Origin: Geotalea uraniireducens Rf4
GTDB taxonomy: Bacteria; Desulfobacterota; Desulfuromonadia; Geobacterales; Geobacteraceae
Direction of reading: 5' to 3'
Length of the DNA stretch: 32,000 nt
Assembly: GCF_000016745.1 (NCBI RefSeq)
Contig: NC_009483.1
Coordinates: 60,001 to 92,000 of the forward strand
A program made the translations under genes and the position numbers. Of this stretch, positions 1 to 6,501 are shown piece by piece. Each line of letters starts with the position of its first letter. Position 1 is the stretch's first letter. A model generated the notes under the pieces. That model did no database searches and had not been told where the DNA came from. It saw only the letters and a program-made list of their open reading frames with translations.

Positions 1-1
1 C

Positions 2-1183
2 AGCAGGATGGTCGGGGACCTCAAAAGATCAAGGGATGAGATCGTTGCCGGGAAAAATTATCTGAACGACATCATCCATTCCATGATGGATGCTCTCATC
101 GTCGTCGCACCGGACGGCACGATTCAGAGCATCAACGGCGCCGCCTGTTCCATGCTCGGTTACGATGAAGAGCCTGTAGGTGAGGCGTTTGCTAATATTC
201 TACAGGAGTCCCCGTTTGACGAACTGGTTGAACAGGGGTTCATGCGTAATGCAGAAAAAACCTACCTTGCGAGAGACGGGAGAAGCATTCCCGTGGCTTT
301 TTCCGGTTCGGTGATGTGGAATTCCGACAACACCATGCGGGGTATTGTCTGCGTGGCCCAGGACATTACCGAACGAAAACATGCGGAGAACATGCTGCAT
401 AGATATACCGAGGAACTCAGGGACAACAATGAAGAACTGAAGGGGTTCGCCTATATCGTTTCCCATGACATGCGAGCGCCTCTCGTCAACATCAAGGGTT
501 TTTCCCGTGAACTGCTGGATGTTTTGCAGGAGCTTGACGCAAGACTTCAAGGGGCGTTATCGCTTATCGAAGAGGGCGAACGGGATAGGATAAATACCAT
601 TTTACGGAATGAGGTGCCGGAGGCGCTCGATTTCATTAATTCATCCGTTCACCGGATGGATGTCATGATTAAAGCGGTACTGAAGCTGTCCCATCTTGGT
701 CGGCGCGAGATCAGGACTGAACCGGTGAAAGCGGACGAACTGGTCCACGGCATTTTGAAGACGATGAAACATCAGCTGGAGCGGGGTAAGGTAACGGTTA
801 CGGTGGGGGATCTGCCGGATCTTGTTATGGACCGGACCGCCATGGAGCAGATTGTCGGCAACCTCCTGGACAATGCGGTAAAGTACCTGGAACCCGGTCG
901 TCCCGGCAAACTGGAGATCACCGCTGAACAGGGGGACGGTAAAACCACATTCCATTGCAGGGACAACGGCCGCGGCATCAGCCATGAGGATATGGCCAAA
1001 ATTTTTGAACTTTTCCGCCGGGCCGGCAGGCAGGACACAGAAGGGGAGGGTATGGGGCTTGCGTACGTGAAGACCCTGTTGAAGCGTTTCGGCGGTCGGA
1101 TCTGGTGCGAATCGCAGCCGGGAGAGGGGAGCGTCTTCAGCTTCACCATTCCCATGCAGGGGAATTTGAACGGCACATCATAG
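2..1183 (+). CDS. PAS-domain sensor histidine kinase, probably 5'-truncated by the window edge
   Basis: The frame is open from base 2 and the track ORF is 8..1183. A PAS-like N-terminal part is followed by the HisKA H-box FAYIVSHDMRAPLVNIKGF. The HATPase_c motifs are present: DNAVKY (N box), DNGRGI (G1) and GMGLAYVK (G2). Confidence 0.85.
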   Translation, partial: SRMVGDLKRSRDEIVAGKNYLNDIIHSMMDALIVVAPDGTIQSINGAACSMLGYDEEPVGEAFANILQESPFDELVEQGFMRNAEKTYLARDGRSIPVAFSGSVMWNSDNTMRGIVCVAQDITERKHAENMLHRYTEELRDNNEELKGFAYIVSHDMRAPLVNIKGFSRELLDVLQELDARLQGALSLIEEGERDRINTILRNEVPEALDFINSSVHRMDVMIKAVLKLSHLGRREIRTEPVKADELVHGILKTMKHQLERGKVTVTVGDLPDLVMDRTAMEQIVGNLLDNAVKYLEPGRPGKLEITAEQGDGKTTFHCRDNGRGISHEDMAKIFELFRRAGRQDTEGEGMGLAYVKTLLKRFGGRIWCESQPGEGSVFSFTIPMQGNLNGTS

Positions 1184-1233
1184 GTGTGAAAAACGGAGAA
1201 CCGCCATTGGGCGTGATAGGGAGGGAAAGGGTC

Positions 1234-2064
1234 GTGCGGAACTCGAAGTCAGGTATACGGTGCGCGGTGCTGTTCCTGCTGTTGGCAGCGGGAGTGTTGT
1301 TTCCCGCTTTAGCAACTGCGGAAACAGTGATAAAAATCGGCGGTTCCGGGGGTGCCCTCGGTTCCATGAAGCGGCTTGCCGAGGCATTTATGAGGTCTCA
1401 CCCCGGCGTCAAGATCCAGGTGCTTTCCAGCCTTGGCAGCTCCGGCGGGATCAAGGCGTTGATGGCGGGTGTGCTGGATCTGGCGGTCAGCGGCCGGCCT
1501 CTCAAGGATGATGAGAAGGCGAAAGGGGGGACAGAAATTCAGTACGCCAGAACCCCCCTTGTTTTCGTCGTCCACAGCAAGGTTGCCGGGTCAGCAGTGA
1601 CAACCCATGAGCTGGAACAGATCTACGGTGGCCAGATGCCGGATTGGCCCGATGGCAGTCGCATCCGCCTCGTGATTCGGCCGGAAGGAGATTCGGACAC
1701 ACAACTCCTGCGCGGCATTTCCCCTGCCATGGACCAGGCTGTGAAGAGCGCCATCGGCAAGGCGGGAATGAACTTTGCCGTAACGGACCAGGACAGCATC
1801 GACATGGTGACGAAGGTGCCGGGGAGCCTTGGCGCGGCGACGCTGAGTCAGATCATGACGGAAAGGCCGCCGGTAAAAGTCCTGGCCTACAACGGCGTGA
1901 AACCCGTTGTGAAGGCGATGGCCAAGGGGCGTTATCCGTTGTCCAAGCCGCTTTATCTGATAACCATGAACAAGAGCGCGGCTGCTGCCAGGGAGTTTGC
2001 CGCATTCGTGCGCTCTCCGGCCGGGAAGAGGATCCTGGCGAATTCCGGCAACCAACCAATCTAG
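1234..2064 (+). CDS. Periplasmic substrate-binding protein, PstS/PBP-like (phosphate ABC-type binding fold)
   Basis: The ORF is 1105..2064. I prefer the GTG at 1234 because a GGAGG lies 9 nt upstream. This start also avoids overlap with the upstream kinase, whose stop is at 1183. It gives a Sec signal peptide VRNSKSGIRCAVLFLLLAAGVLFPALA/TAE. The mature part IKIGGSGGALG...SSGGIKAL is typical of PBP-like_2 proteins. The start codon is an inference. Confidence 0.7.
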   Translation: MRNSKSGIRCAVLFLLLAAGVLFPALATAETVIKIGGSGGALGSMKRLAEAFMRSHPGVKIQVLSSLGSSGGIKALMAGVLDLAVSGRPLKDDEKAKGGTEIQYARTPLVFVVHSKVAGSAVTTHELEQIYGGQMPDWPDGSRIRLVIRPEGDSDTQLLRGISPAMDQAVKSAIGKAGMNFAVTDQDSIDMVTKVPGSLGAATLSQIMTERPPVKVLAYNGVKPVVKAMAKGRYPLSKPLYLITMNKSAAAAREFAAFVRSPAGKRILANSGNQPI

Positions 2065-2226
2065 GAGCCTGTCGGACTTAGGAATGAATCTACTGCGAGA
2101 ACGGCAAATCGGTCCATATTTCCGTAAATTTTCGACAAATAGGTCCACTATTCGCTCTCAAATTTCCGGAAATCTGTCCTCGATTTTCCATTCTCTCGCT
2201 ACGATCACCTAAGTCCGACAGACTCC
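2064..2226. repeat. 163-bp MITE-like element bounded by 19-23-nt terminal inverted repeats
   Basis: GGAGCCTGTCGGACTTAGG(AATG) lies at 2064-2086. Its reverse complement CCTAAGTCCGACAGaCTCC lies at 2208-2226 with one mismatch. They bracket a 121-bp non-coding core with an internal direct repeat CAAAT(C/A)GGTCCA and the perfect palindrome ATTTCCGGAAAT (2162-2173). The element fills the gap between the PBP stop and the next kinase start. Confidence 0.6.
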
Positions 2227-2243
2227 TAAGCAGGCAATAAACC

Positions 2244-3578
2244 ATGCATGACGACAGCAACAACACCAACCTGATCAGGATCACCACGAGGATCGCCGCA
2301 ACTGTTGCCGCTGCGGTGACGCTGACCATGCCACTCGGCTACTTTGCCGTTTCTTACCAATACATGGTGGGGAGTCTCGAAACGGCATCGGAGGTCAGTG
2401 CCTACAATATCTCCAAGGTCATCAGCGCAAATCCTGAGCTGTGGCGTTATGAGACGGTGCGGCTCGACGAGTTGCTGGTTCGCCGTCAGCCTACCTGTCG
2501 GGCCGAAACCCGACGCATTATCGATAATCAGGGCAACCTGGTGGCGGAAAGTGCCAACAGCCTCACCCCGCCGATTGTCAAGCGGTCATACCCCCTGAAG
2601 GATGCTGGTGCGGACGTCGGAAAAATCGAGATCAGCCGTTCCCTTAATCCCATTCTGCTCCGCACGGCCCTTGTGTCGTTTCTGGGGTTTGTTCTCGGGA
2701 TGACCGTGTTCATCACCCTTCGCGTCCTCCCCAAGCGTGCGATCAACGAACTGAAGCGCACTGAAGAAAAACTGCATCGCTATGCCCGGGAACTGAAGGA
2801 GAGCAACGAAGATCTCAAGAACTTTGCCTATATCGTTTCCCACGATCTGCGCGCGCCGCTTGTGAATATCAAGGGCTTTGCCGGAGAACTCAGCGCCGGC
2901 CTGAAGGAGCTCGAGGTAATAAAGGAAAGCGGTGTCTGCCGGTTTGAAGGGAATGACGGGGAGAGGGTCGATAAAATATTGGGGACCGAGGTGCCGGAGG
3001 CGCTCGATTTCATAAATTCTTCGGTCAACCGGATGGACGCACTCATCAATTCTATCCTGAAGCTGTCGCGTCTGGGGCACCGGGAACTGAAGCCGGAGCC
3101 CGTTGACGTGAAAGAGCTTGTTGCGACCATCCTGAAAACATTGACCCACCAGCTTGAACAGCATAGCGCGGAGGTGGTGTTGGGGGCGTTGCCTGAACTC
3201 GTTGCAGACAGAACTTCGCTGGAGCAGATCATGGGGAATCTCCTGGACAACGCGGTCAAATATTTCGATCCGCAGCGTCCCGGCAGGCTTGAGATATGCA
3301 CGGAGAGCGGGGTTGATGAGGTTGTCTTCCATCTCCGCGACAACGGCCGCGGAATTTCCAAGGACGACATCCAGAAGGTTTTCGAGATTTTCCGCCGCGC
3401 GGGTAAGCAGGATGTGCAGGGGGATGGAATGGGGCTCGCCTACGTGAAAACCCTGGTGCGCCGCCTCGGGGGGCGCATCTGGTGTAAGTCGGAGCTGGGG
3501 ATTGGAACAACGTTCAGCTTTGCCATTCCTAAGTCCGACAGGCTCCCGGGCAATGAACGGGGTGATTTTGCCTTATGA
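2244..3578 (+). CDS. Membrane sensor histidine kinase (two TM helices flanking a ~120-aa periplasmic domain), paralog of the first kinase
   Basis: The ORF encodes 444 aa. Hydrophobic segments are IAATVAAAVTLTMPLGYFAV and LLRTALVSFLGFVLGMTVFITL. The H-box is FAYIVSHDLRAPLVNIKGF. The shared motifs EVPEALDFINSSV, DNAVKY, DNGRGI and GMGLAYVKTL match kinase 1 at roughly 60 percent identity by eye. Confidence 0.88.
   Translation: MHDDSNNTNLIRITTRIAATVAAAVTLTMPLGYFAVSYQYMVGSLETASEVSAYNISKVISANPELWRYETVRLDELLVRRQPTCRAETRRIIDNQGNLVAESANSLTPPIVKRSYPLKDAGADVGKIEISRSLNPILLRTALVSFLGFVLGMTVFITLRVLPKRAINELKRTEEKLHRYARELKESNEDLKNFAYIVSHDLRAPLVNIKGFAGELSAGLKELEVIKESGVCRFEGNDGERVDKILGTEVPEALDFINSSVNRMDALINSILKLSRLGHRELKPEPVDVKELVATILKTLTHQLEQHSAEVVLGALPELVADRTSLEQIMGNLLDNAVKYFDPQRPGRLEICTESGVDEVVFHLRDNGRGISKDDIQKVFEIFRRAGKQDVQGDGMGLAYVKTLVRRLGGRIWCKSELGIGTTFSFAIPKSDRLPGNERGDFAL
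3524..3546. repeat. Third, solo copy of the 23-nt repeat found at 2064-2086
   Basis: CATTCCTAAGTCCGACAGGCTCC is the perfect reverse complement of 2064-2086. It is in direct orientation relative to 2208-2226. It lies inside the last 18 codons of the kinase ORF, exactly where its C-terminus diverges from the paralog (FSFAIP|KSDRLPG... versus FSFTIP|MQGNLNGTS). Confidence 0.8.
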
Positions 3579-3690
3579 AAACGCCGACCGGAGATTACAG
3601 ATTTTTCCGCAGATGCCGATATGTGTAAAATCGGCGTATTTCATCGGCGCCCTTATTGGGGAAACCGTGGTTCCAGGTGAAGGAGCAATT

Positions 3691-5016
3691 GTGGTTGATA
3701 CAAAATCAGTTCGCATATTATACATGGAAGACGATGCCGGTTTGGCCCGCATTTTACAAAAGACCATGCAGCGGCTGGGGTATATTATCGACCTGGCGGG
3801 CAACGGCGAAGAAGGTCTGGCCATGGCAGAAAGGAGAGAGTACGATACCGTCCTGGTCGATTACAACATGCCGGTATGCGGAGGTATTGATGTACTCCGT
3901 ATACTGACCGCCCGGCAAAAGCATCCACCGGTGATAATGGTTACCGGCAACGGAAATGAAAAAGTTGCGGTCGAGGCGCTCAAGTTGGGCGCAACCGATT
4001 ACATAGTCAAAGACGTTGATATGGGGTATCTGGAGTTGCTCCCGCTGGTCATCGGCCAGGTGCTGCAAAAGCAACACCTGATCAACGAGCGGGAGCAGAT
4101 GCTTGCGGCAATGCAGGAAAGCGAAGGACGCTACAGGAAACTTGTCGAGCTTTCGCCGGACGGGATAGTAATTTGCGCCCGGGGCCGTTTCGTATTTATA
4201 AACCCGGCAGGAGTAACGCTCCTTGGCGCACCCGGGCCGAAAGAGCTGTTGGGCATGGCGATGATCGATTTCGTGCACCCCGATTACAGGGATATCTTCA
4301 AAGCGCAGATGCGGCAACTGGAGGATAATGGCTACAATGTGCCGTGGATCGAAGAGAGGTTCATACGATTCGACATGGCGGACATCGACGTGGAAGTGTC
4401 CGGGGTCCCTTTCACGTTTCGAGGAGAAGCGGCAGTCCAGATCATCTTTCGAGACATAACCGAGCGAACCCTCGCCAAGCGCCGCCTGGAACAGATGGCC
4501 CATTACGATACCCTGACATCCCTTCCCAATCGCGCCCTGTTTTTTGACCGGTTCACCACCATGCTGGAGCAGGCCAAGAGATATGGGACTGCTTTCGCCC
4601 TTTTGTACCTGGATTTAGACAGTTTCAAGCAGGTAAACGATAGCCTGGGACACGATGTCGGCGACCTTTTGTTGAAGAAGGTTACGGAGAGGCTGACGGG
4701 CAATCTGCGTAAATCGGATACGGTGGCCCGTATGGGAGGGGACGAGTTTACGGTCATACTTTCGCGGATAAATGAAAGGGAAGATGCAGCCGTCGTTGCC
4801 AGAAAAATCATCTATGTCCTTTCCATGCCGTTTGATTTGAAGGGAAATCAATGCTCGATCGGGGTCAGCATCGGGATCAGCGTTTTTCCCGACGATGGTG
4901 ACGATACCGAAACGCTTCTGAAAAATGCCGATACAGCCATGTACAGTGCCAAGGAAAGTGACCGCGAAAAATATCAGTATTATGTCTCTCCTGAAGCCGT
5001 TGAACAATCAACTTGA
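3691..5016 (+). CDS. Response regulator with REC, PAS and GGDEF domains (diguanylate cyclase)
   Basis: The ORF is 3502..5016. I prefer the GTG at 3691, which has GAAGGAG 5 nt upstream and lies just before the REC domain (SVRILYMEDDAGLARIL...VLVDYNMP). A PAS segment follows. The GGDEF domain has an intact MGGDEF motif and an RKSD I-site 5 residues upstream. The start codon is an inference. Confidence 0.85.
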   Translation: MVDTKSVRILYMEDDAGLARILQKTMQRLGYIIDLAGNGEEGLAMAERREYDTVLVDYNMPVCGGIDVLRILTARQKHPPVIMVTGNGNEKVAVEALKLGATDYIVKDVDMGYLELLPLVIGQVLQKQHLINEREQMLAAMQESEGRYRKLVELSPDGIVICARGRFVFINPAGVTLLGAPGPKELLGMAMIDFVHPDYRDIFKAQMRQLEDNGYNVPWIEERFIRFDMADIDVEVSGVPFTFRGEAAVQIIFRDITERTLAKRRLEQMAHYDTLTSLPNRALFFDRFTTMLEQAKRYGTAFALLYLDLDSFKQVNDSLGHDVGDLLLKKVTERLTGNLRKSDTVARMGGDEFTVILSRINEREDAAVVARKIIYVLSMPFDLKGNQCSIGVSIGISVFPDDGDDTETLLKNADTAMYSAKESDREKYQYYVSPEAVEQST

Positions 5017-5046
5017 CAATCAATTTCCTTGCGTGGTAGTTTTCCA

Positions 5047-5071
5047 GGCGGTTTCCGCCAATATCCTTTTT
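5047..5071 (+). terminator. Weak candidate intrinsic terminator after the GGDEF gene
   Basis: The hairpin GGCGG-TTT-CCGCC is followed by AATATCCTTTTT. The stem is only 5 bp, so support is weak. Confidence 0.25.
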
Positions 5072-5072
5072 A

Positions 5073-5603
5073 GTGCACACTTGCATAATTTTGCCAAACA
5101 AGCCGACAATTATAAAAAGTGCAGTCGAGAAGGATGACGTCTGGTGGATGGGGAGCGCCATCCGCGAAGCCGAAAAGGCTGCCGAGCGGGGTGAAGTACC
5201 CATCGGCGCAGTCATAGTCAGAGACGGGAAAATTATTTCCAGGGGCTATAACCTGCGGGAGGGGAAGCAGGACCCGGCAGCCCATGCCGAGCTGATAGCC
5301 ATCCGCAAGGCGGCAAAAAAACTGGGTAACTGGCGACTTGCCGGCACGACGCTGTACGTTACCCTGGAACCATGTATAATGTGCATGGGGGCCATACTGC
5401 TGGCAAGGGTCGAAAAGGTCGTATTCGGCTGTTATGATCCCAAGGGAGGGGCGGCCGGTTCCCTTTACGATTTGTCCGACGACAAGCGGCTCAACCATAG
5501 GGTAACCTTGGTTGCCGGGATCAGGCAGGCGGAATGCGCGGCGCTTCTGAGCGGGTTTTTTGCGGCGCTCAGGGCAGAAAAAAAGCGGGCAAAGCTACAA
5601 TAG
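5073..5603 (+). CDS. tadA: tRNA-specific adenosine(34) deaminase
   Basis: The CDA zinc motifs HAELIAIRKA and PCIMCMGAI are present. The N-terminus DDVWWMGSAIREAEKAAERGEVPIGAVIV aligns with known TadA N-termini. The start is uncertain: GTG 5073, TTG 5091 or ATG 5148, none with a good SD. Confidence 0.85.
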   Translation: MHTCIILPNKPTIIKSAVEKDDVWWMGSAIREAEKAAERGEVPIGAVIVRDGKIISRGYNLREGKQDPAAHAELIAIRKAAKKLGNWRLAGTTLYVTLEPCIMCMGAILLARVEKVVFGCYDPKGGAAGSLYDLSDDKRLNHRVTLVAGIRQAECAALLSGFFAALRAEKKRAKLQ

Positions 5604-5613
5604 TTTCACTTTC

Positions 5614-5701
5614 GGAGAGGTGTCCGAGTGGTCGATGGTGCCTGACTCGAAATCAGGTGTACGGCAACGTACCTAGGGTTCGAATCCCTACCTCTCCGCC
5701 A
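5614..5701 (+). tRNA. tRNA-Ser (anticodon CGA) with encoded CCA
   Basis: The acceptor stem pairs GGAGAGG with CCTCTCC. The anticodon stem-loop is CCTGA-CTCGAAA-TCAGG, giving anticodon CGA. It has the long variable arm (GTACGGCAACGTAC) typical of class II tRNAs, a T-arm GGGTTCGAATCCC and a terminal GCCA. It starts 10 nt after the tadA stop. Confidence 0.9.
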
Positions 5702-5710
5702 TTAAATTTG

Positions 5711-5739
5711 CTGTAAAATTAGATATTTAATTTTAACAG
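5711..5739. repeat. 29-nt imperfect palindrome immediately 3' of the tRNA
   Basis: CTGTAAAATTA-GATAT-TTAATTTTAACAG shares the TGTAAAAT half-site with the three palindromes downstream. Confidence 0.5.
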
Positions 5740-5880
5740 CGTCCCTAAAAACCCCCAACTTTCACCAAGAACATTCTGGTAAAAAGGAAGGGGTTTTTCT
5801 TTTGACCTCAACATAATCTTTACCGAAATACCGCAGGGGCAGACCTTCTTGGCCGGAATGGCGCCAGTGCCGAACAGCCA

Positions 5881-6014
5881 AGTGTAAAATTTTTTTACAA
5901 TAAGTCTAAAGCCTTGCCAGACAAGGGTTTACGGGCATGTGTAAAAATTTTTTACAAGAATGTAAAGCCTTGTCCCATGGGCTTCTACGGCGATGTGTAA
6001 AATTTTTTTACAAT
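5881..6014. repeat. 56-57-bp tandem repeat (about 2.3 units), each unit starting with a perfect 17-nt palindrome TGTAAAA-N3-TTTTACA
   Basis: The palindromes lie at 5883-5899, 5940-5956 and 5996-6012. Units 1 and 2 also share a second hairpin-capable segment, AAAGCCTTG...CAAGGGTTT and AAGCC...GGCTT, and an ACGG(G/C)(C/G)AT tail. Confidence 0.85.
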
Positions 6015-6145
6015 ATCTCCACAAAAAATCGCCTCCCATTTATTCTCCTACCTCTGAAATTCCAGAAAACTAAATTTGAAAACTATTGTTTATATTCAGC
6101 TGGTTATTAACTGTTTATTGAATATTTTCAATCTACCTTTCATTT

Positions 6146-6160
6146 TGGCATGCTTTGTGG
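6146..6160 (+). promoter_or_regulatory. Candidate sigma-54 (-24/-12) promoter for the giant gene
   Basis: TGGCATGCTTTGTGG compares with the consensus TGGCAC-N5-TTGC. The -24 element is good, but the -12 element reads TGG rather than TGC. It lies 135-265 bp downstream of the three palindromes, across an AT-rich tract. Confidence 0.3.
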
Positions 6161-6501
6161 TTATATGACAGCTCCTGCTGCCGCGGATAAGGGGCCGGTG
6201 CAGGAGACCGTCTTATTCCAAATCAAGTCGCTATCTTCGTTGGCTCGTCTTCGGCTCCTCAACGTACTATCTGTACGCCTTCGTCGCCTCATTCCTCGCC
6301 GCCTTGATTTCATCCTTGATTTGAAATTGGAATTACAAGTATCCCAGGGGAGAGAAATATTATGGCCGGTAGTCCCTTTCAAGTTTTGAAGAATTCATGC
6401 GCAATGCGCCCGTTGTAAAGCTTTAACGGGTGTAACGGAATATGGTCTTTGACGACCATGGTTGACATGTCATGTGTTTATTTATTGTTCAGGAGGGTTT
6501 C

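Noticed and set aside
1105-1233. ATG at 1105 as the start of the binding-protein gene
   Set aside because: It would overlap the kinase by 79 nt and add 43 residues ahead of an obvious signal peptide. The GTG at 1234 has a proper SD.
3502-3690. ATG at 3502 as the start of the GGDEF response regulator
   Set aside because: It overlaps the kinase gene by 77 nt and adds 63 non-domain residues. The GTG at 3691 has a GAAGGAG SD and sits directly before the receiver domain.
5013-5045. Sigma-70 promoter for tadA (TTGACA at about 5013)
   Set aside because: No convincing -10 hexamer lies at 16-18 bp spacing.
5746-5804. Intrinsic terminator after the tRNA (AAAAACCCC ... GGGGTTTTTCTTTTG)
   Set aside because: The outer stem encloses a ~34-nt interior with its own small hairpin. 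This geometry is atypical for a terminator. I kept it only as a possibility and not as a feature.
5881-6014. CRISPR array
   Set aside because: There are only about 2.3 units. The repeat is AT-rich and the inter-palindrome segments are themselves similar to each other rather than unique spacers. No cas genes are present.
6150-6389. 79-aa plus-strand ORF and 73-aa minus-strand ORF in the leader region
   Set aside because: They have no SD. The products are Arg/Leu-rich and low-complexity. The two ORFs overlap each other completely. The region is more likely untranslated leader or regulatory DNA.
6172-6501. Possible c-di-GMP (GEMM-I/II) or cGAMP riboswitch ahead of a giant surface-protein gene
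   Set aside because: I looked for the conserved GGCAAA, GNRA-tetraloop/receptor and ACGCAAAGC-type elements and did not find them. Only an Infernal scan could settle it.
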